Of a stretch of 64,000 nt of DNA, positions 1-10,245 are shown piece by piece. Position numbers and translations under genes: made by a program. The notes beneath the pieces are model-generated. The model had not been told where the DNA came from. It saw only the letters and a program-made list of their open reading frames with translations, and searched no databases. The DNA lies in the IMG/VR virus record IMGVR_UViG_3300014839_000007; one strand, written 5' to 3'. Origin of the DNA: a virus. Every line of letters starts with the position of its first letter. Positions within the stretch are counted from its first letter, which is position 1.

Positions 1-113
1 AATAGCAATTCCTAAACAAATAGCAATTCCTAAACAAATACCAATCCAAAAAATAGGATTATATATTATTCTTTCTTTCTTCTCTTTCAATTTCTTTGAG
101 GGGGATATATTTG

Positions 114-725
114 TCATTTTAATACCTCTTGAATTTCTTTTACTTCATTTATTACTGTTGTAAACCCAGCACGAGAATATTTTATTATTTTATAGTAGTC
201 TAAGATATTAAGCAAATGTGTAAACATCATATGGTCCGACCTTTTTGAAAATACTTTCAAATCCCAATTTCCACCAAAATACTCCTCACCTAAATTTCTT
301 GAAGGAATCCTATTATTATATTGGTCTTTCAGCTTATTTATACAAACTATCATTTTATTTACCTCTTCTTTTGTGTACTCATTTCTTTGGATATTCGGTT
401 TTTCATCTTTATCTCTCTTCCCTGCAAACTCTACACTAATTGTGTCCGGGGTAGCCCAAACTTTGATTCCCCCTTTTCCACGCCATGACTCAATTACTAT
501 CTTATCTTTCTTTTCATATTCTATTGCTTTCTTATAAAAGTGTTCTATTACCTGGGCTAATTCAAAATTATTATTATCTCTTGCTCTTTTCATCTGTTGG
601 AGCATATATCCTTTAAATGTTTTAGAACTTGACCTTTTTTTAAACAAAGACACATCTAAATTTGGATTTGGCTGTATCTTTTCTATGTCAATATTTTTAT
701 TTTTTATTTCTACCATTTTTAACAA
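114..725 (-). CDS. hypothetical protein (203 aa), lysine-rich
   Basis: Long minus-strand ORF in the same orientation as the rest of the block. No family recognised by eye. Confidence 0.4.
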   Translation of the reverse strand: MLKMVEIKNKNIDIEKIQPNPNLDVSLFKKRSSSKTFKGYMLQQMKRARDNNNFELAQVIEHFYKKAIEYEKKDKIVIESWRGKGGIKVWATPDTISVEFAGKRDKDEKPNIQRNEYTKEEVNKMIVCINKLKDQYNNRIPSRNLGEEYFGGNWDLKVFSKRSDHMMFTHLLNILDYYKIIKYSRAGFTTVINEVKEIQEVLK

Positions 726-1297
726 TTTAATCTTTTTAATTCTTCTAAATCATTTCTTAATTTATTAAGTGATATTTTAGACGCATCTGATAAAATCTCC
801 AAATTATTTATATGCGTTTTTATTTTCACGAGTCCTTCTTTTATTTCTTTTGCTACTTTTTTATTCATTTTAACTCCTCATTACAAACTTCACTGCTTTT
901 CATTTATACTCCTAAATAAACTATTAATTCCCCAACCAATTAAAAACCCAATAATAGCTCCCCAAATCATATAATTTATACTTATAGCATCATTTATGCA
1001 ATTCTTTAGACAAAATCCTTCTCTTATGGTATATCCTACCCCGCTTCCTAAAAATGCAAAAATCCAACTACCCCACATTTTAAATGGATTATAATTTTTC
1101 ATTCTTCTATTACCTTATATTTCCTTCTTTGCCTATACATTTTATGCTCAGACTGCTTTAAACATTTCTTACAAGTAACTTCCTCTCTATTCCAAGTAGC
1201 TCTTTCTTTGATAAACGTTTTTGGATTAAGTGTGCATATATAACAGTCACAACAACTGCTTCCTTCTATAAAAGGAGATACTCTTAAATGGATAATT

Positions 1298-1537
1298 TTA
1301 CGCTTCTTCATTTTCTTCCTTTGCCTCTTCTTCCAATTTGAATTCTTTTTTTATTTGCCAGAGTGCTCCACCTTCAACCACTGTTCTTGCTTCTTTAATA
1401 ACGTCCCCACTTTTAAGTAATTTATTTAAATTTGTAGAAATGCTTTTAGCACCAGTATTTAATATCTTTGCAATTTCTTTGGCAGTCATCCACTTATCTT
1501 CTGCTTTCAATAAATTATAAACATCATTCTGAGTCAT
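1298..1537 (-). CDS. winged-helix DNA-binding protein
   Basis: Shares the motif WMTAKEIAKILN..SIS.NLNKL..SGDV with ORF 1921..2118 (tandem paralogs). HTH-like pattern. Confidence 0.45.
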   Translation of the reverse strand: MTQNDVYNLLKAEDKWMTAKEIAKILNTGAKSISTNLNKLLKSGDVIKEARTVVEGGALWQIKKEFKLEEEAKEENEEA

Positions 1538-1920
1538 TTTATTTCACATACCTCTTTTCTTTCTGTTACATTCTCAGGGTAATATTTTTTGGTAATATTA
1601 TATAAATCAAGATTGTAACATGCCCTCATATAATCCTCATAACCCCAAGTTGGTTGCCTATCATACTCATTTGGAGTATTAATATCATACTCAGCCAATT
1701 TCATACAAAATTGAGTTTCATTTAAATAAATTGTTTCATTATAACAAGATTTGTGCGGAAGATTAAGTAATTGTTTATCAACAGTTGTTCCCCAATAGAT
1801 TATACATACAAATAGAACAAATATAAACACCATTGATAGTATTATAAATATTTGTAACCCCATACTTAAATTATTAAACTTAATCTCTTTCAATTTATCT
1901 GCTGTATTTTTATTGTTCAT
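1534..1920 (-). CDS. membrane-anchored protein (single N-terminal TM helix)
   Basis: Hydrophobic stretch LQIFIILSMVFIFVLFVCIIYW followed by a Cys/Tyr-rich ectodomain. Confidence 0.4.
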   Translation of the reverse strand: MNNKNTADKLKEIKFNNLSMGLQIFIILSMVFIFVLFVCIIYWGTTVDKQLLNLPHKSCYNETIYLNETQFCMKLAEYDINTPNEYDRQPTWGYEDYMRACYNLDLYNITKKYYPENVTERKEVCEIK

Positions 1921-2118
1921 TTAATCTTCCTTAGTCTTCCAAAGACTTCCTTGATGATAAATTTCATTCTTTTTTACAAGAATATCTCCAGAATCACTTA
2001 ATTTTTTCAAATTCTTGGATATACTCCCTTCCCCTTGGTTTAATACCTTAGCAACTTCTTTTGTAGTCATCCACTTTTTTTTCTTCTTTAGAATATTAAA
2101 TACATCCTGCTGGCTCAT
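1921..2118 (-). CDS. winged-helix DNA-binding protein (paralog of 1298..1537)
   Basis: Motif KKWMTTKEVAKVLNQGEGSISKNLKKLSDSGDI aligns with the neighbouring paralog. Confidence 0.45.
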   Translation of the reverse strand: MSQQDVFNILKKKKKWMTTKEVAKVLNQGEGSISKNLKKLSDSGDILVKKNEIYHQGSLWKTKED

Positions 2119-2429
2119 TTTTTCTTACCTTCTTCTGCCAAGACTACTTTTACTTTTCTGCCGATTAAAACTCTTGGAACAAAAATCACTCCCTTAGGAG
2201 ATTCGTTTTGACCATAGCAATACCCTTTAACTTCTCTAGTCTTCTTTAAAGCATCTCTTAAGCTTATGCAGTTTGCTCCATATTGAGGCATTATAGTCAT
2301 TCGCTTATAATAACAGCTATAGCAAAGAAACTCTCCTCTATAAATTCTTATATGCCTTGTTTTTTTCATACAGTCATCACATTCTTTCCACGCAAAACTT
2401 TTAGTACTTCCAACTGTTTTTTCTCTCAT
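2115..2429 (-). CDS. Zn-ribbon protein, paralog of 2426..2704
   Basis: Cys pairs CxxC...CxxC. C-terminal GY/WCYxxxxxPKxxxxVxRxLxGxKxK is shared with the next ORF. Confidence 0.4.
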   Translation of the reverse strand: MREKTVGSTKSFAWKECDDCMKKTRHIRIYRGEFLCYSCYYKRMTIMPQYGANCISLRDALKKTREVKGYCYGQNESPKGVIFVPRVLIGRKVKVVLAEEGKKK

Positions 2430-2704
2430 TTTATTATCTCAATTTTAAATTTATGCCCCACAAGTATTTTAGGAAAATAACACCAACCACTAAAGTTTTG
2501 TTTACGTTTGTGCTTTCTTCCTTTTACTTCATACACTCTTAAAACTGCATCTTCAAAACTTGTAGGCTTCCTATTTTTTCCAACACAAATCATAGTGTAC
2601 CCTTCTTTATAACATCCCCAGCAAACATATTTTCCTTCTATATCCTTCCTTGATTTTCTTACTTCTTTACCACACTTTTCACAATGTTCCTTTTTTCTAT
2701 TCAT
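2426..2704 (-). CDS. Zn-ribbon protein, paralog of 2115..2429
   Basis: CEKCGK...CWGC plus a shared C-terminal block. ATGA overlap with the upstream gene. Confidence 0.4.
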   Translation of the reverse strand: MNRKKEHCEKCGKEVRKSRKDIEGKYVCWGCYKEGYTMICVGKNRKPTSFEDAVLRVYEVKGRKHKRKQNFSGWCYFPKILVGHKFKIEIIK

Positions 2705-2852
2705 TTTTGTTGCTTTAACTCCTTAGATATAAATCTCCCATTTCTAGCTTTTATAAAACATTTTATACATAACTTCTGCCCCTTACCATGGGGAATAAAC
2801 CTTTTGTCACATTTAATACAATACCTTGCTATCTTTTTCTTTCCTTTAGTCA

Positions 2853-3584
2853 TCATCTTGCTTTAATAGTTCTATTTGATTTAATCTCTTTATGATATTG
2901 ACTATGCTTTTCCTTAGTAATAATAAATACAGGAATAACATCCATACATTTTTTCATTCTTTTATGTAGTATCTTATGCTCTTCATCTGTTTTTGGTTCT
3001 CCAAATAATCTTACTAATTTATCTCTCACTTCATAGTAATCAAATATGTGGTGCTTACTATCCCCTTCCACTTTTTCAATATATATTTGTATATCATTCT
3101 TTTTACTTTTTTCTACAATTTCTACTTCTATTTCTGCTTTTGGTGTTTCTAAAATCTTAAGCTTTTCTAATAATTCTTCTATTTTTTTATCTCTTTTCTT
3201 TATAGCTTGTGGAACCCAACTATGCTCTGGGTGAACCTTCTTATCACATTCTTTACAAATCCTTATTCTTAATTCTCTAAGTATCCTATTTTTGCAGCCT
3301 GCTCTTCTAGGAACCAGATGATGTGCAGTTGTCTTTCTTCTCTTTCCACAAACAAGACAGATATTCTTTTTAGAGTTATTTAAGTAAAATATATCCCCCA
3401 CCCTTTTATAATATAATATCTCTTCTTTTTTTCCATCAAAAATTATATTTGGAACAACCTTTGAAATTAAATTTAAAAGTCTTTCATTCTTTTGATTTTC
3501 CTTACTTACTTTCTGATATTTTTTATTAAGCTTTTCATTATGCTTATTAAATTCTGTACTTAAATTGTCTATCTTCTTTGTCAT
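2853..3584 (-). CDS. HNH endonuclease-like protein
   Basis: CLVCGKRRKTTAHHLVPRRAGCKNRILRELRIRICKECDKKVH matches the CxxC...HH...N...CxxC..H HNH architecture. Confidence 0.45.
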   Translation of the reverse strand: MTKKIDNLSTEFNKHNEKLNKKYQKVSKENQKNERLLNLISKVVPNIIFDGKKEEILYYKRVGDIFYLNNSKKNICLVCGKRRKTTAHHLVPRRAGCKNRILRELRIRICKECDKKVHPEHSWVPQAIKKRDKKIEELLEKLKILETPKAEIEVEIVEKSKKNDIQIYIEKVEGDSKHHIFDYYEVRDKLVRLFGEPKTDEEHKILHKRMKKCMDVIPVFIITKEKHSQYHKEIKSNRTIKAR

Positions 3585-3791
3585 TTTATTTCTCCTTGTA
3601 ATTTCTCATCATTCTTTTTTGTTCATTTTCCTTCCTCATCTTTCTTATTGCTCCTCTTACTCTCGCTTTCTCCATTTCTAACATCATTACTGCAATGCTA
3701 ATTTTTTTACTCCAAACTTTATAATCATTTTCTAATGTTGGAGGATTTGATTTTTGTAATAATTTTATAATTAAATCTGCATCTGATGTTT

Positions 3792-5819
3792 TCATTTTTC
3801 TACCAACTTATAAAATCCTCTTCTTGGCTCGTAAATTTTTATTTCTTTTTTTAATTCTTCCAAAAATATTTTTGTATCCCATTCACTTATACTTATTTTT
3901 TCTGCTTCCTCTACTATAGTTCCATACTTAGTTTCTTCTTCAATATTTCCCATTAAGGAATGCAATAATTCTAAAAACCTATCTAACTTTCCTCTCTTAC
4001 TCATTGGAATCCTTTCATTCATTCTAGAAAAGTCATACATTCCTGTTTCTTTATCTTTTACAAGTTGATTAACACAAAACATAAATATTTCTTTTGCTAC
4101 ATTTAAATCTAAAACCTCAACTTTATCACTTAACCTTAATTTAGCATGTGCTTCTGCTAATTTTACAACGGCTTCCATATTTCTTAAATTAACCGGAATA
4201 GTCTTCATATCAGGATTTCCCTTAGACTTTGCTCTAAGTTCAACATAAAATGATTGAACATCACTAACTAAACTATCATCAAGTATTGGCTTTAATTTTC
4301 TACAATAAGTAATGTATTTTTTAAAAAGAGATAATGGGACCTCTGGTTCCATCTTTTCTTTATATGACTTAAAAATATGCTCTACCGCTTTGGAATCAAA
4401 TTTTTCATTTGGTCTGTCTATTAAAATAAATATTAAATCAAATCTATTTAAAATTGGTGTAGGCAAATTAATCTGCTGCGCAAGGGATTGATTTAAATCG
4501 TAATTTCCCATTTTTGGATTTGCTGAAGCTAAAATGCTTGTACTTGCAGGAAGTGTTGCAGAAATGCCAGCCTTATTAATAGTGACTGTAGAACCAGACA
4601 TTGGTTCTAATAATTCTGAAAGATGCTCTGGATACATCTTATCTAATTCATCAAGACATAATGTTGAACCATTTGCAAGTACTAAAGCTCCTATTTCTAG
4701 CGACCATGTATTTGTTAATTCATCTTTAACCGCCATTGCCCCCAAACCTACTTTAGAAGTTTTTGTCCCAACAACCATTTTTGCTCTAGGTGTTCTTGCT
4801 GCTGTAGCTTTTAAAGAAACAGATTTTGCAATACCTACATCACCTGTAATTAAGATATGAATATCTTCTTGAGTATGCGAACCATCACTTCTTTCTTTTC
4901 CTACTCCTTTCACACACTGTAAACAAATTGCTTTTTTTACCATATCATTCCCATATACTTCTGGAACTAAACTTTGTGATAATTTTTCAAGAGGATTATC
5001 TGCTGCAATTTCTTTTATTGTTTGCATATCGTCTTCGGTTATTGTTAAATCGTCTTCAGAATCGCAGGGAATCACATTATTTGCATACATCATAAATTCA
5101 GATAAATTTGAATCCTCATCATTCACACTCATAAATGTAGGTAATTTCTTTATTATCCCAATAACTTCTACACGCCTTCCTGGTTGCAATCTTGAACACA
5201 ACGAACCGTCTGTTAATTCTTCCTCTAAATAAACTCTTAGCTGTTGAGGTTGCTTTCCGTCAAGATTGCCCTGTATCTCTTCTAAATTTAACTCTTGAAT
5301 ATTTTTAACTTCCTCCGATATTGCTGTAAATGTTCCACCTCTTAGTATACTTGCTCCACAAGAACATCTTTTTGGTCCTATTTTCTTTCGACCTTCCTGA
5401 TGAACATTTATCTCTATAGGGCAACTATTACATTTATATTTTATATTTATTGTTCGTGGAATTACCTTAGTTATTCTCTTAATAATTCCTTTTATATTAA
5501 AAATCTCATCAATATTATTTGCTCTTATATTATGAATATCTATATATCTATCATAATTCGTAAGTGCTATATGTGCATTCTTAGTCAGACCAGTATTATT
5601 GAGCGCTTGCTCCATTGCTCCTAATACCTTTTCAGGATTTAACAAAAATTCATCTGCAAGTTTATTAGAAAATTCTTTAACTTTTGTAAAATCAAGTGTC
5701 ATTACATTTGTTCTTTTACGCAAACAATCTCCTAAATCTTCTTTATTATAATTAAAAAAGTTTGCCGCTTCCATCAACAAATCCTCTTCTTCTTTTGGTG
5801 AAGGATTATTTTTTATCAT
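3792..5819 (-). CDS. mcm: MCM-family replicative helicase
   Basis: N-terminal C4 zinc finger (CNSCP...CSCG). Walker A ILITGDVGIAKS, Walker B CLDELDKM and arginine finger SILASANP match the MCM motifs GDPGxAKSQ, IDEFDKM and SVLAAANP. Confidence 0.85.
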   Translation of the reverse strand: MIKNNPSPKEEEDLLMEAANFFNYNKEDLGDCLRKRTNVMTLDFTKVKEFSNKLADEFLLNPEKVLGAMEQALNNTGLTKNAHIALTNYDRYIDIHNIRANNIDEIFNIKGIIKRITKVIPRTINIKYKCNSCPIEINVHQEGRKKIGPKRCSCGASILRGGTFTAISEEVKNIQELNLEEIQGNLDGKQPQQLRVYLEEELTDGSLCSRLQPGRRVEVIGIIKKLPTFMSVNDEDSNLSEFMMYANNVIPCDSEDDLTITEDDMQTIKEIAADNPLEKLSQSLVPEVYGNDMVKKAICLQCVKGVGKERSDGSHTQEDIHILITGDVGIAKSVSLKATAARTPRAKMVVGTKTSKVGLGAMAVKDELTNTWSLEIGALVLANGSTLCLDELDKMYPEHLSELLEPMSGSTVTINKAGISATLPASTSILASANPKMGNYDLNQSLAQQINLPTPILNRFDLIFILIDRPNEKFDSKAVEHIFKSYKEKMEPEVPLSLFKKYITYCRKLKPILDDSLVSDVQSFYVELRAKSKGNPDMKTIPVNLRNMEAVVKLAEAHAKLRLSDKVEVLDLNVAKEIFMFCVNQLVKDKETGMYDFSRMNERIPMSKRGKLDRFLELLHSLMGNIEEETKYGTIVEEAEKISISEWDTKIFLEELKKEIKIYEPRRGFYKLVEK

Positions 5820-6369
5820 TTCAGTTTAACCTCATTGTTGCTCCCCCTTATTTATGAAAGCACTTATAATTGTAGATGCTTCTATTTGAGTCAAATCCAT
5901 ATCTCCTTGATACTCATTTTTTTCAAGAAAGTTTCTTTGCCCCTGAGTCATCGGGTCATTTGGGTGCTTTAACACAAACTCTTTCTTTTGGTTATAATTT
6001 TGATTATATTTTCTCTCATTACCTATTTCTTTTTTTGGATTTTTTACCAATTCCAAAATCTCTTTCACATCTTTCTTTATTTCTTCCAAAGTTGAATTTT
6101 CTTTTTTGTCCATTATTTTTTACCTCCTGCTATTCTATTATATAATTCGTCTAATGTTTTATCATCATATTGTGCTTCCAATTGATTAATTATTTTATTT
6201 GTATCTGTACTTCCATCATCTAAAATTTCCAAATCTCCTTCAATTATTCGAACAGCTGTTTCTAATCCAAAAAGCTCTCCCATAAAAGAAGAATCATACG
6301 TTTCATCATCTTTTTTATTTAATACTCTCCAAGCAATGTACTTCTTTAATTTATCAATATTTCTATTTA

Positions 6370-7359
6370 TCATATTTTTACACTCCATATTTTTTCTGAA
6401 TTATTCCTTCCACCTTTATAAAATTCTAATAATCCAAATTTACATAAATCAGACAAAAATCCCATTGACTTATTTATCCCAATATCTAACTTCTGCTTTA
6501 AAACATTTGTTAGTTCTGTTTGATTTGTAGATGTTCCTTTAAAGTCCTCCAGTAGTATTTTCATTATTGCTTTATATAATATCTTCCTCTTTGGATTTTC
6601 TTCCCTATCATTAATGATTTTATCCATATACTCCTCTTTTAAAATTGTATTAGCCTCTTTGGCATTTACTGACTCTTTATGCATATACTGGTCTGTGAGA
6701 ACTTTTGAAGCACAAATTATATTTCTTGGTATGCCTCTTGAATATTTAAAAACTATTTTATAAACTTCCTCATCAAAAAAATTCTCTGTGTCTGCCATTT
6801 TCAATCTAGAACTTATTAACCAATTACTTTCTTCTTCATTCATACTATCTAATCTAACTCTAAGAAATTTATTTAATATTTCTGAAACATTCAAAGAGCG
6901 GTTATAATGGGAAATATTACAAGCAAAAATGAAACTAATATTATTTCCGTTTGGAGATTTCATTAAATTCCAACAGTAGTCTAAAAACTTTTTAAAATTT
7001 ATAGCATTAATTGTATCTGGAAAATCAACTAAGACATACATTGGTTTCTTTGATACTTCTGAAAGTTTGACATCTGCTTGATTATTAAAATCCTCTTCAT
7101 CTATAAACATCCTATCAAATAAAAAGACATTACACCCTGCCTCGCTTAACATATCATAAATATAATATAGTGAAGTTGATTTTCCAATTCCAGGAACACC
7201 TAATAATAATATTCTGTCTGCAAATCTAAAACTATCTCTTATTTGATTATTAATCATATTCTTTATTTGACTTATGCTCTTACTCTCTAAACAAGGAAAA
7301 TCTTTAAATTGCTGATAGTCCGTCATTCCGAATATATTGAAGGGATTAAATGAAAGCAT
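6370..7359 (-). CDS. P-loop AAA+ ATPase, Orc1/Cdc6-like (initiator candidate)
   Basis: Walker A LLLGVPGIGKST and Walker B-like YVLVDFPD. C-terminal winged-helix-like tail. Sits directly downstream of MCM. Confidence 0.45.
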   Translation of the reverse strand: MLSFNPFNIFGMTDYQQFKDFPCLESKSISQIKNMINNQIRDSFRFADRILLLGVPGIGKSTSLYYIYDMLSEAGCNVFLFDRMFIDEEDFNNQADVKLSEVSKKPMYVLVDFPDTINAINFKKFLDYCWNLMKSPNGNNISFIFACNISHYNRSLNVSEILNKFLRVRLDSMNEEESNWLISSRLKMADTENFFDEEVYKIVFKYSRGIPRNIICASKVLTDQYMHKESVNAKEANTILKEEYMDKIINDREENPKRKILYKAIMKILLEDFKGTSTNQTELTNVLKQKLDIGINKSMGFLSDLCKFGLLEFYKGGRNNSEKIWSVKI

Positions 7360-7608
7360 TTTTTACCTCTTTGTTATATTCCTTTTTATGAATAAACTTT
7401 TTCATTTCCTCTTTTGTTACCCTCTTATTTTCTAAAAGCCAATCCCCAAATAAACTAAACTCTCTCTGTTGCATTTTCTTTAGTCTATTTGATTTACCAA
7501 TTAAAGCACATGTTTTTCTTACTCTATTCAAATCTTTACTTATCTCAGAAACTTCATGCTTATACTTCTCTGCTTCTCTCCTTAATTTTATTTCTTCATC
7601 TGGTTTAT

Positions 7609-8085
7609 TCATATTTTTTCCTCCAACATTTCAAAGAACAATTTAAGATTATTTTCAAATTTTTCAGACAATACGTCTAATGTCTTTTTGTCTGGAGAAA
7701 ACTCTTCTCTACATTTATTGCTTGTCTTTATCCAAATATTTAATATTTCAGTATAAAAATTATTAATTAATTCTTTATCTAATTTAGAGATATTATCCTT
7801 ATGCAATAATTTATGCTTTACTTTTGGTACGCTAACAAGAACATCTGCAGTTTCAAAAACAAATGGATTTTGATAGTTTGTATTTAAGTAAGGACATTTA
7901 TTACATTTAAAAACGGTTCCTTCTACTTTTGTATCTTCTGATTTACATATGGGACATTTTATCTTAGTTTTTCCTATTTTATTAATTTCATTAATTTGCC
8001 AATCTGGATTTTGCTCAGCCAAATTCTTTGTTATTTGATTTAAGGCTTGACCAAGCTCTTTCTTTGTTATCTTTTTTGTTTTCAT
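7609..8085 (-). CDS. Zn-ribbon protein
   Basis: CPICKSEDTKVEGTVFKCNKCPY. Confidence 0.35.
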   Translation of the reverse strand: MKTKKITKKELGQALNQITKNLAEQNPDWQINEINKIGKTKIKCPICKSEDTKVEGTVFKCNKCPYLNTNYQNPFVFETADVLVSVPKVKHKLLHKDNISKLDKELINNFYTEILNIWIKTSNKCREEFSPDKKTLDVLSEKFENNLKLFFEMLEEKI

Positions 8086-8094
8086 TATTTCTCC

Positions 8095-8640
8095 TTATTC
8101 TAATAAAACTGCAACAGCAATTGTTGTTGTCCAAAGCCCACATTTATCCCCTTCACAGGATTGACATATTGACGTTGTCTTAAAAATTTGCCCAGATGCC
8201 TTGTAAACATCTTCCCTTTCTTCCCAGGCGGTATCAGGATTAAATTCAATTCCTAAAGTTGTTGCTAACATTGTCGCAGCTAAATCCTCAGCATAATCCC
8301 CTGCTTTTTTTGCTGTTTCTCCAAAAGTGTGGTGTTCTGACAAATAACCATACTGCTTATCATTTTCTTTTGGGACGGCTATACCAATTGCGGAAGCCAT
8401 TAATCTATTTGGTTCATTGGACTGTATCCTTGCCATTACACAAAAAGTAATCTGTCCTGGACTTAATTTTTTTAATCCTTCTTCCCTAGATATTATTTTA
8501 CAATTTGGAGGTAATATTGACGAAACATATACAAGATTGCACTTTTCAATTCCAGCATCTCTTAGTGCAAGTTCGAACGAACTTAATTTGTCTTTATGAA
8601 TTCCCACCCCTTTTGTTAAGAATAAATTAGTTGGTACCAT
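8095..8640 (-). CDS. pdaD: pyruvoyl-dependent arginine decarboxylase (PvlArgDC)
   Basis: Matches archaeal PdaD in length and the self-cleavage region (VYVSSILPP vs NLIRISSIMPP in M. jannaschii). Size is about 180 aa. Confidence 0.8.
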   Translation of the reverse strand: MVPTNLFLTKGVGIHKDKLSSFELALRDAGIEKCNLVYVSSILPPNCKIISREEGLKKLSPGQITFCVMARIQSNEPNRLMASAIGIAVPKENDKQYGYLSEHHTFGETAKKAGDYAEDLAATMLATTLGIEFNPDTAWEEREDVYKASGQIFKTTSICQSCEGDKCGLWTTTIAVAVLLE

Positions 8641-9343
8641 TTTATTATTTCAGTTTTTCTACCTTTTTAAATGTTTCTTATTTTTTGATTTTTGTTGACT
8701 TTTTTAAAGAATTTTAAAAGTTTTAACCTTTTTAACTTCTTTAATTTTTGATTAAAAACTGCTCATTTTTCTTCACTTTTGCGCAGGTTAATAATATAAA
8801 TAATAATATAGATTTTCCAATTTTTAAAAGTCTAAAACAAAAAGGGTGTCTCAGTCTTTTAACTTTTTGGGGTAGAAAAGGTGTTTTTGGCACTTTCAAG
8901 CCTTCAAGATACCCAAATTTGAGCTTTTAGAAAGTTAAAAGTGTTAACCTTTTTAAAGGTTTTCTACCAAATAGAAAAGGTGAAATATGCCTCTACAAGT
9001 CTTAATAAGTATAAATATAATACTTTACTATAATAATAATGTTCACCTTTTTAAAAAACTGGGGAGTACTGGTAGATACAACTGCTATAAAAAATGTAAA
9101 GTTAATACCCCTTACCGAATAACTATCATATAACACATATAAACAATATTGCTTCGAATATAATATATATTCAATTGAATATAATTTTAAATAATGGGAA
9201 AAATTTCCCAGAATATGAAATGGATATGATTTACAGTATATATTATATAAATGTAATTTTGAGAAATTTAATAATGTAATATAAAGTATGTAGTTTAATA
9301 TATAAATGGATGTAATAAAAATGACTAAAATTAGGTCAAAATT
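8641..9343. promoter_or_regulatory. ORF-free, extremely AT-rich region of about 700 bp with repeated AACCTTTTTAA/TTTTAAA elements; candidate origin or promoter region
   Basis: No ORF on either strand. Recurring aaccttttta(a) blocks at about 8724, 8945 and 9043. Lies between the replication module and repeat array A. Confidence 0.3.
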
Positions 9344-9522
9344 TATTCTTCTTCTGTCCAGTCATAAGCAATTATATTCTTGCCGTTCAAACAGCTATTC
9401 ATATGTTCTCCTTCTTCATTAAGGTCTAAAGGAGTTCCGTTTGCCATTGCTCTTTTACAAGCTGCCTTTAACTCTTCAAGCTCCTTCTTTGATAAATTTT
9501 CTAATTCATACATGTGCACCAT
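9344..9522 (-). CDS. small hypothetical protein (59 aa)
   Basis: Hand-translated as MVHMYELENLSKKELEELKAACKRAMANGTPLDLNEEGEH.... It falls below the 60-aa cutoff of the ORF track. Confidence 0.3.
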
Positions 9523-9530
9523 ATCTTCAC

Positions 9531-10245
9531 TTTATGAATATAAATTTCCTTACCACAACCAACTGGAGCCAACTTCATCGGACCTCAATAAAGCCCAACG
9601 AACTAGACTGCAACATAATGCACTGCAGGAATATGAATATAAAATCCTTACCTTAACTTGCTCCCTAAACTTTATCAAACTGGACCTAACAACGCCGTCC
9701 GAATGAATATGAAATCCACACCTTAACCTGAGCCCAATCTACCGTACTCCAATATACTAAACTGTGCTCCAAAAATATTAATATTTCCATACCTCAACAA
9801 AATGCACCGGGCTGGACCCTGCTTTACTGCATTATAACATACTTGAATATAATTCTGTACCTCAACTTACTCCTCCGAGCCTTATCAAACTGGACCTAAC
9901 AACGCCGTCCGAATAAATATAAAATTCCAAACCGTAACTGAGCATACTCTGCTGCACTGCACTTCATTCTACCACAAAGTGACAAACTCTACTCTATAAT
10001 TATAAATTTCCTTACCTTAACTGACCAAAGTATACTCAACAATGCCCAACAGCAAAATACAATACCTAATAAATATAAAAAATCCAAACCTTACCAGACA
10101 CTACCGAAACGGACAATAACAAACTTGAATTAACCACATGAATGTAAATCCTTACCTTACTCTACTGAAATATGCTCCATAATATCTCACTCAAGCATAC
10201 CGTATGAATATTAAACTCCTCAAAAATCAAAGGAGCAATTTTAAA
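9531..10245. repeat. array A: about 10 degenerate tandem units, period roughly 63-92 bp (mostly about 70), consensus TGAATATAAAATCCTTACCTTAAC plus G-depleted spacer
   Basis: Motif starts near 9541, 9633, 9705, 9775, 9845, 9913, 9997, 10067, 10140 and 10203. Spacers are A/C/T-rich with very few G on the plus strand. Stop codons in all frames. Confidence 0.8.

Noticed and set aside
1-60. Direct repeat aatagcaattcctaaacaa x2 at the window start as a possible terminal repeat or att site
   Set aside because: On the minus strand it reads in frame as a repeated hydrophobic peptide (…GIAICLGIAI…) of a membrane gene truncated by the window edge. It is a coding repeat.
9531-10245. CRISPR array interpretation of the 70-bp periodic repeats
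   Set aside because: The repeat copies are degenerate, with many substitutions between units, rather than near-identical. The spacers share one skewed composition (G-depleted) rather than heterogeneous protospacer-like content. No cas genes are present. The same motif also occurs singly right in front of start codons.
9531-10245. tRNA gene array (the period is similar to tRNA length)
   Set aside because: The units lack any acceptor or T-arm pairing potential. A strand almost devoid of G (or of C on the complement) cannot form tRNA cloverleaves. No GTTC(R)A T-loop box.
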